Counted from the first letter of the stretch, positions 21,046 to 31,977 are shown. The stretch: DNA of 64,000 nucleotides from a bacterium (GCA_965261595.1 CBDHDG010000007.1:608001-672000); one strand, 5' to 3'. Numbers and translations are program-made. The notes: generated by a model not told the origin, from the letters alone.

Positions 21046-21241
21046 AACTCATCGGATGGGAGGAAGTATATTTAATCTATTGAAATATAAGGATTTATTA
21101 TCCCATCTCGGAATACCCTTCAGGGTGCGGCTTTTCAACGATGTTGCAATAATCACCCGCCAAAAATCGAATGTTTCCGGGTCTGCTCAGGGATTTCCGG
21201 GGATTTGTCAAAAAACGTTTGATTCACCACATGTCGCACAA

Positions 21242-22285
21242 TCAATCATCCCCTGGCTTTTTGTATCGCTCCAATCTTCGGTAAAGCGTGCTCCGGTCAA
21301 TCCCGAGAATGGAAGCGGCCAACCTCTTGTTTCCCCCTGTCTCCCGGAGGACCAGGAGAACGTGCGCGCGCTCAACCTCCTCCAGGTTTGAGAGGTCCCG
21401 CAGACCGCCCGGCCTTTCCAGCCCGTGCGGACCGCCGCGGTGGGCTTTTCCCGCCGAACGGATCTCCTCCGGCAAATCCTGAATGCGCATGACGGGGTCA
21501 TCGCCGAGGACAAGCGCCCGCTCGATGACGTGCTCGAGCTCTCGGACATTGCCCGGCCAGGAATATGGGATCAGCGCCGACATCACCTCGGGATCCGCCT
21601 CGGCCACCTTCGTCTCTCGCAAGGATTCATACTTGCGAAGGAAATGGCTCACCATCATCGGGACGTCTTCGGTTCGCCGCCTCAGCGGCGGCAACTCGAG
21701 CGTGACGGTGTTCAGCCGAAAGTAGAGGTCCTGCCGGAAGGCCCCCCGCCGGACTTCTTCTTCCAGGTTCCGATTGCAGGCGGTGATGATCCTGACGTCC
21801 ACCCGCATGTGCCGGGTCCCGCCGACGCGACGGATCTCCTGATTTTGCAGCACGCCCAAAAGCTTGGCCTGCGACGCCGGCGATGTGTCCGCGACTTCGT
21901 CCAGAAACAGGGTTCCCCCGTCGGCCGCCTCGAAGAGGCCGGGTTTCGTAGAATCCGCGCCCGTAAAAGCGCCCCTTTCGTGGCCGAACAATTCGCTCTC
22001 AAGCAGCGATTCGGGGAGGGCGCTGCAATTGACGATCAGAAACGGCAAATCGCGCCTCGGGCTCATCCGGTGAATCTCTCTCGCGACCAGCTCCTTGCCG
22101 GTCCCGCTTTCCCCGGACAGGAGAACGGTGGAAGGGGTTCGCGCCACCTTCCGGACCAACCTTTTGATCTCGACCATGGCGGGATGGCGGCCAAGAATTT
22201 CAGATGGGCCGCCAGACATAGCGCCTCCGTCCGTGGATCCCAACGGGTAGAGAGTCCTCGATTCCGGCTTCAACAGCGGATTCAA
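21242..22285 (-). CDS. Sigma54-dependent enhancer-binding protein (AAA+ and Fis HTH)
   Basis: [39 protein letters not shown]. Confidence 0.92.
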   Translation of the reverse strand: MNPLLKPESRTLYPLGSTDGGAMSGGPSEILGRHPAMVEIKRLVRKVARTPSTVLLSGESGTGKELVAREIHRMSPRRDLPFLIVNCSALPESLLESELFGHERGAFTGADSTKPGLFEAADGGTLFLDEVADTSPASQAKLLGVLQNQEIRRVGGTRHMRVDVRIITACNRNLEEEVRRGAFRQDLYFRLNTVTLELPPLRRRTEDVPMMVSHFLRKYESLRETKVAEADPEVMSALIPYSWPGNVRELEHVIERALVLGDDPVMRIQDLPEEIRSAGKAHRGGPHGLERPGGLRDLSNLEEVERAHVLLVLRETGGNKRLAASILGIDRSTLYRRLERYKKPGDD

Positions 22286-22760
22286 TAATCCAACCCTTCC
22301 CGCGGAACGGGTCCGGGAAAAAGAAAAGCATCCGGGTCCTGATCCATTTACATGAGCATGGCGGTACTATGACTACGGCACGAACATCCTCCGCAAAGAA
22401 CTCTCTTGCGGGACACCCGTCATTCATAAGAACCAGCCCGGGTCGAAAAAATTTCTTCTTTTCGTTCAATGGCGCGGATGAAGATTGCAATGGGAAAGGT
22501 GAGTCCTGTTCGGAGCCGAAGTCCCGGACAGTGGGAGGGAATCGCGTCCTGAGGCGGGTTCCCGCTCCCGAAAGTCGGGTCGCCGGGGGACGGCCTTCCC
22601 GCGAAATCCGAAGCCCCGAATTCGCGTTCCGACCAAATGGAGCGTTCAAGCAAGTGGATTCAACCTGATTCTTACACCGTCCGAGCATATATTTTTAAAA
22701 TCATTTTGAGATTTCTTCTTTATTTATCCGATGGTTATAGATAATTTGTTAAATTAAAAG

Positions 22761-22789
22761 TTGATGTTTTTCGAATCGGTGGATACTAT
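22761..22789 (+). promoter_or_regulatory. Sigma70-type promoter candidate
   Basis: TTGATG-17nt-TACTAT upstream of 22858. Confidence 0.4.
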
Positions 22790-22857
22790 TCATGTTGTTC
22801 GACACGAGAAATGAGATGTTCCTGACAGCCCTTCGTCAATTGGGACGATGAGCACCT

Positions 22858-23376
22858 ATGGAAAATACGCGGACCCGAATGATCGAAGGAAAGGCCTCGC
22901 CGTTCCTCAAGGCCGGACGGGAATTCCTGTTCTGTTTGCTGGCCATGTCTTTGCTCTTCTCGGGCGGATGCGCCTTACTTCTCGCCGGAGGCGCGACCAG
23001 CACGCTCAAGGGATTGGAGTATTCGGTTGAAAATATCCCCGATAAAAGTTTTACTACGAGTATGTCGACGCTGAAGCTCGCTTCTGTCCAGGCGCTGGAT
23101 GAGATGGCTCTTCAACCTGAAACGCCCGTTCCGACAAAAACGGGCTTCCGCATCTTGGCAGCCACTCCCAAACTTGATATACAAGTTGATCTTGAGCGAG
23201 TCATGGACCGTGTCTCGCGAATCAGCGTGAACGTAAAGAAGGGATTTTTCCGGAAGGATCGCGCGACCGCGGCGGAGATCATCCGAAGAACGGGCGCCGT
23301 GATCGAGCAACAGGTTGCGAAGGTTGAAACGAAAACCGGAAAATATTCAAGTCCCCTGATCCTCATGGTGCCGTAG
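22858..23376 (+). CDS. Lipoprotein, DUF3568-like
   Basis: Lipobox FSGGC; DRATAAEII C-terminal motif. Confidence 0.6.
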   Translation: MENTRTRMIEGKASPFLKAGREFLFCLLAMSLLFSGGCALLLAGGATSTLKGLEYSVENIPDKSFTTSMSTLKLASVQALDEMALQPETPVPTKTGFRILAATPKLDIQVDLERVMDRVSRISVNVKKGFFRKDRATAAEIIRRTGAVIEQQVAKVETKTGKYSSPLILMVP

Positions 23377-23384
23377 CGGCCAGG

Positions 23385-23834
23385 ATGAAACCCATCCACA
23401 ACAGTCAAAGAGAACGTCCAAACCCTCTCGGGCTCCGCGGGCCGGTTGTGCTCCTGTCCGTTTTCCTCCTGTCCGTCTCCCCGCTTTCCGGGTGCGGCGG
23501 CGGGGCCGCGGGGGGGGCGAGGGACGCGGGTGTGGAATACACCTTCATCGGCGTCGCCTACAGAACGGTCCATGCGGACCTGACGGCCGTGAAACGGGCG
23601 GCCGTCCGGGCCCTCAAGCAGCTGGACATGAATCCGAGCGGGGCCGTCAACACCGATCGCGGGGCCAAGGTCCTCGCGGCGACATCTTCTCTGAACATCA
23701 AGGTGGAGATGGAGCGGATCACCTCCCGGGCGACGAAGATTTACGTGGACGCCAAGGCGCGCGTCCTGAGGGAAAAGGCTACGGGCGCGGAAATCCTGCG
23801 CCGGATGCTTGAGAATCTGGGCATCAGGAATTGA
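23385..23834 (+). CDS. Lipoprotein, DUF3568-like (paralog)
   Basis: Lipobox LSGC; EKATGAEIL; similar to 22858-23376. Confidence 0.6.
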   Translation: MKPIHNSQRERPNPLGLRGPVVLLSVFLLSVSPLSGCGGGAAGGARDAGVEYTFIGVAYRTVHADLTAVKRAAVRALKQLDMNPSGAVNTDRGAKVLAATSSLNIKVEMERITSRATKIYVDAKARVLREKATGAEILRRMLENLGIRN

Positions 23835-24788
23835 CACCCTCCATGGCGTTCCCGCTCCCCGAAATACAGGGGGGGCCGAGTGTCCCGAAATCCACCGGGG
23901 GCGCCCGAAACGGCCCGGGGCGGCGAAGCCTTCGGCCCTCCTTGGGTTTTCTCCTTTTCCTGCTGGCGCTTATTCTCCAATCTTCCGGCTGCACGCTGAA
24001 GCGGATCGCCGTCCTCTCCGCGGCGGAAATTGTCGAGGACGCCTTCGCGGCGTTCAACGAGGAGGAAGACCTTGTCATCGCGGAATCCGCCGCCGCTTCG
24101 AATTTGAAACTCCTGGAGGGCCTGCTGAAATCGGAACCGAATCACCGCGGGCTCCTCCTGCTGGCCGCCAGGGGATTCGGATGCCTTCGCCTTCGTGGAG
24201 GAAAAGGCCCCCGGCCGCGCCCGAAGGCTTTACATCCGGGGACGGAACTACGGGCTGCGGCTCCTGCGGCTTTACGGCTTCTCTCCGCCCGCCCACCTGG
24301 ACGACTTCCGCCGGGCGGTCCGAAAGCTCGGGCCCAGGGAGCTGCCGGCGCTTTTTTGGACGGCGTACAATTGGGCCAACTGGATCAACCTGAACCAGAC
24401 CTCGCCCCGGGCGCTGGCCGATCTGCCGCGCGTGGTGGCCATGATGGAGCGCGTGGCGGCCGTGGACGAAACATACTTCTACGGCGGCGCCCACGTTTTT
24501 CTTGGCTCCTATTTCGGAGGCAGACCCAAGATCGCCGGCGGGGACGTCGCCGCCGCCAAACGGCACCTCGACCGCGCGTTGGCGCTTTCCGGCGGAAAGT
24601 TTTTGCCCACTTGGGTGTTTTATGCCCGCTATTACGCGGTCCCCGCCCAGAAGAAGGACATTTACGTGAAGCTGTTGAAGAAGGTGACGGGGGCGCCCGC
24701 CGGGATCCTGCTCTCCGAGCGCCTCGCCAATATCGTCGCCCGCGGGCGGGCCGAGCGCATGCTCGGCGAAGTGGATGAGTACTTCTAA
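23831..24788 (+). pseudogene. TRAP TatT component lipoprotein, frameshifted near 24180
   Basis: Lipobox SSGC, LKLLEGLL..EP, LFWTAYNW, DETYFYG; split over two frames; directly precedes dctP. Confidence 0.75.
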
Positions 24789-25876
24789 TGAACGAACGGA
24801 TGAGATCTTCCCGGCGCCCCCTCCGACCGGCCGGGCCGGCGGTTTTCCTGGGCCTGGCGTTTTCTTTGGCGGCCGTTCTCGGTCTCTTCCACCCGGAGAA
24901 CGCCCCGGCGGCCCGAGAGCATCGGATCAAGTTCGCCACCCTCGCCCCGGAGGGATCGACGTGGATGAACGTCATGCGCGATTTTGCGCGGGCCGTCAAG
25001 GAAAAGACGAACGGAGAAGTCCGCTTCCGGATCTATCCGGGCGGCGTTCAGGGCGACGAAAAGGACGTGGTGCGGAAGATCCGCATCGGACAGCTTCACA
25101 GCGCCGGCTTCACGGGCGTGGGCCTGGGGCAGATCCTTCCCCAGGTCCGGGTACTCGAGCTGCCCTTCCTCTTCTTCCGGGACGCGGAGGTGGACTTCGT
25201 CCATGAACGGATCGACGCCCGGCTGGCTCGGGCCTTCGAGGAGAAGGGGTTTGTCCTCCTCGGCTGGGCGGAGGTGGGGCTTGTGCACATCTTCTCGAAA
25301 AAGCCTGTCCGGACCAAGAGCGATTTGACGGGCCTCAAGCCCTGGGCCTGGGAGGGAGACCCCTTGGCCAAGGCCTACTTCGAGGCCCTCCAGGTGACGC
25401 CGATCTCGTTGTCGGTCATCGACGTTCTGACCTCGCTTCAGACGGGCCTCATCGACACCGTCTACGCCTCGCCGCTCGGCGCCATCGCCCTTCAGTGGTT
25501 CACCAAAGTGAAGTACATGACGGCCCTGCCAATCTCCAACGCCACGGGCGCCATCGTGGTCTCGAAGAAAACCTTCGACCGCCTCACCCCGGACCAACAG
25601 CGGGTCCTGAAAACCGAGGGCAAGCGCCACTTCGATCTCCTGATCCGTCTCAGCCGCGAAGACAACCGAAAATCCATTCAAGAGATCCGCAAAGAGGGCG
25701 TCGAAGTCCTCCCTCTGCCTCCCGCCGACGACCTCCAGGAGTTTATCGACGTCGGCCGCACCACGTGGGAGCGCCTGAGCGGAAGGCTTTACCCGCCGGA
25801 CCTGCTGGCCGAGGTGCTGGACGCGTTGAAAGAATACCGCAAGACCCACCCCCTGCCCGGCGGAGGAGAGAATTGA
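24788..25876 (+). CDS. dctP: TRAP substrate-binding protein
   Basis: KFATLAPEGSTW, YPGGVQGDE, LQTGLID. Confidence 0.9.
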   Translation: MNERMRSSRRPLRPAGPAVFLGLAFSLAAVLGLFHPENAPAAREHRIKFATLAPEGSTWMNVMRDFARAVKEKTNGEVRFRIYPGGVQGDEKDVVRKIRIGQLHSAGFTGVGLGQILPQVRVLELPFLFFRDAEVDFVHERIDARLARAFEEKGFVLLGWAEVGLVHIFSKKPVRTKSDLTGLKPWAWEGDPLAKAYFEALQVTPISLSVIDVLTSLQTGLIDTVYASPLGAIALQWFTKVKYMTALPISNATGAIVVSKKTFDRLTPDQQRVLKTEGKRHFDLLIRLSREDNRKSIQEIRKEGVEVLPLPPADDLQEFIDVGRTTWERLSGRLYPPDLLAEVLDALKEYRKTHPLPGGGEN

Positions 25877-25877
25877 C

Positions 25878-26378
25878 GTGAAGGTCCTTCGGGCCTTCGA
25901 CCGGGGGCTGGCGCGGGCGGAGGGATTTGCGATCGTCGTGTTTCTCGGCGCCATGGTCGGCGTCTCCTTCCTCCAGGTCATTCTAAGAAACTTCTTCCAC
26001 ACCGGCCTGGAAGGGGCGGACACGCTTCTCCGGCACGGGGTTCTCTGGATCGCCCTGCTGGGCGCCTCCCTGGCGACGCGGCAGGCCCGCCATATCCGAA
26101 TCGACATCATTCCCAGGCTGATTCCCGCCGCGCATCAAGCGTGGATCGAACGGATCACCGGCCTCGCCGCCTTCGCGGTTTCGATCTCGCTGGCCGGGGC
26201 GGGCTGGACCCTCGTCCGGCTCGAGCGGGAGGCCCGGACGGTCCTCGCCCTGGGAATTCCCACCTGGGTCGCTCAAGTCATCATCCCTTTGGGCTTCCTG
26301 CTGATTGCGTTTCGGCTGGGACTGATGACGCTTGAAAAGTTTCGGCCGCCCAAGACCGAAGGGGATGAGACTCCGTGA
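25878..26378 (+). CDS. dctQ: TRAP small permease
   Basis: Four TM segments, QVILRN, HIRID. Confidence 0.88.
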   Translation: MKVLRAFDRGLARAEGFAIVVFLGAMVGVSFLQVILRNFFHTGLEGADTLLRHGVLWIALLGASLATRQARHIRIDIIPRLIPAAHQAWIERITGLAAFAVSISLAGAGWTLVRLEREARTVLALGIPTWVAQVIIPLGFLLIAFRLGLMTLEKFRPPKTEGDETP

Positions 26379-27658
26379 TCCTGGCCGCGTCGATCGCCCT
26401 GATCCTCCTGGCCGTTCTCGGGATGCCGTTGTTCGTGGTGATCGGCGGGGCCGCCTTGTTGGGTTTTTATTCCGCCGAAGTCAACGTGGCCGCCATGATG
26501 GTGGATTTTTACCGGATGGCCAGCGCCCCGACCCTGCTGGCCATCCCCCTGTTCACCTTCGCGGGGTACCTGCTGGCGGAAAGCCGCGCGCCCCAGCGGC
26601 TGTTGGCGGTTTCCCGGGCCCTGCTCGGATGGATGCCGGGCGGCGTGGCTCTGGTGACGTTGATCACGTGCGCCGGGTTCACGGCGTTCACCGGGGCCTC
26701 CGGGGCGACGATCGTGGCCCTGGGCGGGTTGTTGTTTCCCATGCTCCAGCAGGAGGGGTTTTCGGAAAGGTTCTCCCTGGGACTGCTGACGACCTCGGGC
26801 AGTCTGGGTCTGTTGTTCGCCCCGAGCCTGCCGCTGATCCTGTACGGCTTGGTGGCCCAGACCCGCGTGGATCATCTCTTTCTGGCGGGATTTTTTCCGG
26901 GACTCCTGATCATCGCGGTTCTGTCCCTTGCCTGCATGCGCGCCGGAAGGGGCTTCGGCCTGAAAGCGGGCAGGCATCCGTTCTCTCTCGCGGAAGCGGG
27001 CCGGGCGATTCAGGGCGCCGCCTGGGAGCTTCCGCTCATCCCCATCATCCTGGTTGGAATATACGGCGGGTTTTTCACGGCGACGGAGGCGGCCGCCGTT
27101 TCGGCGTTCTACCTTCTGGTCGTCGAGGTGTTCATTTACCGGGATCTGGGGCTGAGGCGGGATCTGCCGAGGATCATGCGCGAGAGCATGATCCTGGTGG
27201 GGGGCATCCTGGTCATCCTGGGCGCCGCGTTGGGGTTTACGAGCTTCCTCATCGATGAGGAAGTCCCCATGCGTCTGCTCGCCGTCGCCCGGGAGACGAT
27301 CCACAGCCGGATTGTGTTTCTGATCGCGCTGAACCTGTTTCTGCTTGTCGTGGGGATGATGATGGACATTTTCTCGGCCATCATCGTGGTGGTTCCCCTA
27401 ATTACGCCCATCGCGCGGGAGTTCGGCATCGACCCGGTCCACCTGGGGATCATCTTTCTGACAAACCTGGAAATCGGGTACGCGACACCGCCGGTGGGGC
27501 TGAACCTGTTCATCGCCAGTTACTGATTCGAGAGGCCGGTCACCGAGCTTTACCGGGCGTCGCTCCCGTTTCTCGGCCTCCTGCTGATTGCGCTCATCAT
27601 CATCACCTATTGGCCCGGTCTGAGTCTTTTTCTGGTGGATTGGGTGACCGGCCGGTAA
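26375..27658 (+). pseudogene. dctM: TRAP large permease with in-frame TGA at 27524-27526
   Basis: AIPLFTFAG, TPPVGLNLFIASY*FERPVTELYRA...ITYWPGLSL continues in frame. Confidence 0.85.
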
Positions 27659-27764
27659 GGGCAATCCGGCGGGAGGCGCTTTTTGAAAGGCCCCCCCTAA
27701 AAACCAACGGGTTTGTTAGGATAGTGGGAAGGTCGTGTCTTTGAATGGTCCTTTCCGGTGAGGG

Positions 27765-28730
27765 TTGATGGGCGCCAAGATTCTCAAGCGGTTCACGCAC
27801 ATGGTCGGCGTCCTCGTGATCCTCTCCGTCGTCGTGTACTACATGCTGGGCCTCATGCCCGGCGACCCGGTCGACCTGCTCATCACCTCGCGGCCCAACA
27901 TCACCTCCGAGGACATCGCAAACCTCCGCAGGCTGTACGGCCTGGATCAGCCCATCTATGTCCGCTACCTGAAATGGGTCCGGCAGGTCCTCTCGGGGGA
28001 CCTCGGGTTTTCGCGCACGTACAAGCGCCCCACCGGCGAGATCCTCTTCAGCCGAATCGGGAACACCTTTTGGCTGATGGGGACGGCCTTTCTGATCAGC
28101 CTGGTGGTCGCCATTCCCCTGGGGATATTCTCCGCGTTGCGCCAGTATTCGGTCTTCGATTACGTGGTGAACTTGGGGGCCTTCGCGGGGATCTCGATCC
28201 CCGCCTTCTGGCTAGGTCTTCTGGCCATCATCCTGTTCGCCGAGATCCTGGGCTGGTTTCCGCCCGGGGGGATCCGGACGTACGGCCGCAGCTCGGCGGG
28301 TGATCTCCTCTGGCACCTGACCCTGCCCGCCGCCGTCCTCAGCATTCAGACCGTCGGCCGGTGGACGCGCTACATGCGGAACAGCCTGTTCGACGTCCTG
28401 CGGGCGGACTACATCCGCACGGCCCGGGCCAAGGGCCTGGGGGAGAGCGCCATCATCGGACGGCACGCGCTGAAGAACGCCGCTCTGCCCATGATCACCA
28501 TCCTGGCCCTGTCCATCCCGGAACTGTTCAGCGGGGCGCTCATCACCGAAACGATCTTCGCCTGGCCGGGGATGGGGCGGCTGCTCTACGACTCGGTGAT
28601 CGGCTCCGATTACTACGTCGCGATGATCTCGTTCATGTGTCTGGCGGCGCTGACGCTGTTGTTCAACATGCTCGCCGACTTCGCCTATGGCTTGGTGGAC
28701 CCGCGCCTGCGGCGGGAATCCATCGCCTGA
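27765..28730 (+). CDS. Peptide/nickel ABC permease (OppB/DppB type)
   Basis: MPGDP, DYIRTARAKGL, ETIFAWPGMG. Confidence 0.92.
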   Translation: MMGAKILKRFTHMVGVLVILSVVVYYMLGLMPGDPVDLLITSRPNITSEDIANLRRLYGLDQPIYVRYLKWVRQVLSGDLGFSRTYKRPTGEILFSRIGNTFWLMGTAFLISLVVAIPLGIFSALRQYSVFDYVVNLGAFAGISIPAFWLGLLAIILFAEILGWFPPGGIRTYGRSSAGDLLWHLTLPAAVLSIQTVGRWTRYMRNSLFDVLRADYIRTARAKGLGESAIIGRHALKNAALPMITILALSIPELFSGALITETIFAWPGMGRLLYDSVIGSDYYVAMISFMCLAALTLLFNMLADFAYGLVDPRLRRESIA

Positions 28731-28817
28731 GGATTCGCCGTTTCCAAGGGGGCCTCCCTCCTCTCCCCCCCCCGGGCGATCAGCGACGAAAAGGGGCCCG
28801 CGGGCTCCGGAGAAGAA

Positions 28818-29738
28818 ATGGCTTCCGGGATTTCACAACTCGCCGATTCCGCCACGACGACCCGGTCGGTCTGGCGGGACTTCCGAAGCCACCGCCTGGC
28901 GCTCGCCAGCGCGGCGGTCCTGGGCGTCCTCGTGCTCCTGGCGATTGGCGCGCCGCTGATCTCGGCCCATGTGACGGGGCACGCCTATGACACGACCGAC
29001 CTGACGAACCTCTACGCGAAGCCCTCGATGCGTTACTGGTTCGGCGCGGACGAGCTCGGCCGGGACGTCTTCACCCGCATCCTGTACGGCGGACGGATCT
29101 CGCTCGCCTTCGGGATGCTCGCCGCCTTGGCGTCGGCGGTCCTCGGCGTCGTGATCGGCGGGGCGGCGGGCTTTCACGGCGGGTGGATCGACAACCTCCT
29201 GATGCGTTTCACGGACTCCCTGCTTTCGCTCCCCATTTTGCCGCTGATGATCATCCTGTCGGCCGTCGATCTGGAAAAGGTGCTGGGCATGCCGCCGGGG
29301 GACTACCTGAGCATCCTGCGGCTCATCGCCATCATCGTGTTTTTCAACTGGATGATCATGGCGCGGCTGGTCCGGACGTCGGTCCTGCGGCAGAAGCAGT
29401 GCGAGTTCGTCGAGGCGAGCCGGGCGATGGGGGCGGGGGACCTGAGACTGCTCCTGCTCCACATCCTGCCCAACTGCATCGCCCCCATCATCGTGACGGC
29501 CACGCTCTCGGTCGGCAACATCATCCTCTACGAGTCCGTCCTGAGCTTTCTGGGTCTCGGCATCGTCCCGCCCACGCCGTCCTGGGGGAACATGCTGAAC
29601 AACGCCCAGGAGTACCTGCGATCGGCCCCCTGGCTGGCGATCTATCCCGGCTGCTTCATCCTCCTGACCGTCATGGCGTTCAACTTCCTCGGCGACGGCC
29701 TGCGCGACGCCTTTGATCCGCATGGGCCGAAGGGTTGA
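28818..29738 (+). CDS. Peptide/nickel ABC permease (OppC/DppC type)
   Basis: GADELGRD, EASRAMG, HILPN, GDGLRDAFDP. Confidence 0.92.
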   Translation: MASGISQLADSATTTRSVWRDFRSHRLALASAAVLGVLVLLAIGAPLISAHVTGHAYDTTDLTNLYAKPSMRYWFGADELGRDVFTRILYGGRISLAFGMLAALASAVLGVVIGGAAGFHGGWIDNLLMRFTDSLLSLPILPLMIILSAVDLEKVLGMPPGDYLSILRLIAIIVFFNWMIMARLVRTSVLRQKQCEFVEASRAMGAGDLRLLLLHILPNCIAPIIVTATLSVGNIILYESVLSFLGLGIVPPTPSWGNMLNNAQEYLRSAPWLAIYPGCFILLTVMAFNFLGDGLRDAFDPHGPKG

Positions 29739-29842
29739 AAGCCGAACCCTATCATCTCCATGCTCAGTGGCCCTTTAATTTGGTGGGGTTTTATTTGACG
29801 TGGGAGGAGCTTAGACGATATAAGTGACTAGCAGGGACCGGG

Positions 29843-29867
29843 TTTGTTTACGTCAGACGTAAACAAA
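29843..29867. promoter_or_regulatory. Palindromic operator of the higBA module
   Basis: Perfect TTTGTTTACGTC-A-GACGTAAACAAA just upstream of the toxin RBS. Confidence 0.65.
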
Positions 29868-30034
29868 ATCACCGGAGGCCAAGCACCTTGGAAATAGCCT
29901 TCAATGACAAGAGATTCGGAAATGAGTATAACGATTTCAATAGGTTAAGAAGACGTCACGGCGACCGAAGAGCTAGATTAATCCGTGATTATGCCCTTGA
30001 CACATAGTGCCACAAGGGGTAGTATCTGGGAATT

Positions 30035-30646
30035 ATGCGAAAGCATGTTCTTGTTGTGCTTGGACTTATCGCTGTTTTTAGTGCAGGAAAGGCTGCTGAA
30101 ATGACGTGGCCTGATATAGCAGCACATATCTGGTGGAAGATTGCGTTCGCTACTAGCGCCATCATGGTTATTGTCAGCTACCCCAAAATAGTTTTTGCAC
30201 CGGTCACCATTCCTTTGAATTGGATTAGAAAAAGGTTTCACTCAATTCCAGAAGCAGACCAACAAATTAAGCCAGTAAAGCGCATATATACAGCACGAAC
30301 AGTGGATGAAATGTTTGCGGCAATCAAAAACATGACGGATATTGAAGTCGAACGATTCGCCCAGCCACACATAGGAAAGTGGATTAGGGTTCAAAGCGTT
30401 ATCCGAAATATGCAAAGCGACGATAACTTTTTTTATGTCATGCTTGGAAAGTCGTTAGATCCAATGCCGTATCTCCGTTTTACAAGGGAGAAATGGGGCT
30501 CGTCTCTTGAGACTATGACTCAGGGAGATCGTCTCGCTACCGAAGGGAAAATTACGGGACTAGATCACCTAACGCTGGATATGGATTCTTGTGCGATTGT
30601 AGGGCTGAGAGAGAAAGACGATGTATTACGTCCCATTAAGCGGTAA
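30035..30646 (+). CDS. Passenger membrane protein, possible OB-fold C-terminal domain
   Basis: Low-GC 203-aa ORF inside the TIRs; two N-terminal hydrophobic segments. Confidence 0.65.
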   Translation: MRKHVLVVLGLIAVFSAGKAAEMTWPDIAAHIWWKIAFATSAIMVIVSYPKIVFAPVTIPLNWIRKRFHSIPEADQQIKPVKRIYTARTVDEMFAAIKNMTDIEVERFAQPHIGKWIRVQSVIRNMQSDDNFFYVMLGKSLDPMPYLRFTREKWGSSLETMTQGDRLATEGKITGLDHLTLDMDSCAIVGLREKDDVLRPIKR

Positions 30647-31523
30647 GCCTCTTGTATTCCAGCGGATCGGTGTTCATGATTCGCTTGAGGGTGTCCATGA
30701 ATATGTGGGGGTTGTCGCGGTTGTTGTGTCGCCATTCGAGTTCTTCAAGGTAACGGTCCATATGCTTGACGCTCATCTTGTGGAAGGTTCCGATAATGGA
30801 CCGCTTGAACAGGGACCACACGCCCTCGATGCTGTTGGTGTGAACATCTCCAATCACCCATTCTTCCTCGGAATGGTTAACCGTTTCATGGCGTGTGTCA
30901 TGATCCTCGACACCGATATAGGACTTCAACTCGTCCGTATAGATTGCCTCGGCTTCGTCCTTGACTGTGCGCTGGATGAAGTCATGAAGGGTCTTGCGCC
31001 GAATGTTCGGAATGCGCTGGACGCGGAGCTTCCCACCGCGCTGGATGGCTCCAGCGATCCACTGCTTGTTCCCCCTGTATCCATGCCCCTTGCCCTTCTT
31101 CTTGCCGCCGATCAGGGTTTCATCCACCTCGACAACGCCCACCAGCGTAGGACCTTCAAGGGGGTCATTTCCCATTGCCTCACGAATGCGGTGGCAAAGG
31201 TGCCAAGCCGTACGATATGTGGTTCCGAGAGTTTCCTTCAACTGGTTTGCCGATACCCCTTTCTTCGATACGCACATGAGGTAGATCCCCATGAACCACT
31301 TGCGGAAGGGAAGGCGGGAATCGTGCATGATGGTTCCACTCGTCACGGAAAACTGATATCCGCAACCGTGGCATTGGTATTGATTGCGCTTCGGAATTTC
31401 TCCGATGCTCATATCCCCGCACCGAGTACAGGCAACGCCATTGGGCCAGCGAATTTCCTCAATGGCATTGCGGCATTCGTCATCGTTTTTGTACTTGTCC
31501 AGCATGGAAAGGAGGCTTTGCAT
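30636..31523 (-). CDS. IS1595-family transposase
   Basis: CxxC...CxxC Zn ribbon, VEVDET, YTDE, HTNSIEGVWS, YLEE. Confidence 0.93.
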   Translation of the reverse strand: MQSLLSMLDKYKNDDECRNAIEEIRWPNGVACTRCGDMSIGEIPKRNQYQCHGCGYQFSVTSGTIMHDSRLPFRKWFMGIYLMCVSKKGVSANQLKETLGTTYRTAWHLCHRIREAMGNDPLEGPTLVGVVEVDETLIGGKKKGKGHGYRGNKQWIAGAIQRGGKLRVQRIPNIRRKTLHDFIQRTVKDEAEAIYTDELKSYIGVEDHDTRHETVNHSEEEWVIGDVHTNSIEGVWSLFKRSIIGTFHKMSVKHMDRYLEELEWRHNNRDNPHIFMDTLKRIMNTDPLEYKRLTA

Positions 31524-31977
31524 GGGTCAAGAGGCTCCTAAGAAAAAGGAACGGAAACTTCCCAAAGATGCGCTAAAGCATGACGACATGCACCTGATGA
31601 CGTGCATTTTCGGGGAAGAAGTGATGGCCGAAGTAGACCGTATCGTCAAAGAAAAATCTGATGATTCAGGGGATGAGTAGCTCATACCCTATAATATACA
31701 TCTTGTGGCACTATGTGTCAAGGGCATAATCACGGATTAATCAGGCTCCGTCTCGATGACCTAGCCGCCGCAAACAACTTGACTGTCATGCGAACCCTTC
31801 CCTAAGCTCGCTGTCACGAATTGAAAGGCAAATTGAAGGGGGATTTGTCTGTAGATCTTGACCACCCCTATAGGCTCCTCTTCCGACCGGCAGATAACCC
31901 TCCACCGCTGAAGCCGGATGGCGGACTGGACTGGGAGAAGGTCAACCGGATCGAGGTTCTCAGAGTGAAAGACACCC

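Larger units (their letters stand above)
29984..31734 (-). mobile_element. IS1595-family element with passenger gene
   Basis: Perfect 33-bp TIRs (29984-30016, 31702-31734); 8-bp TSD GATTAATC. Confidence 0.93.

Noticed and set aside
30621..31541. 306-aa ORF opposite the IS1595 transposase
   Set aside because: Fully antisense to a well-supported transposase, with no recognisable domain.
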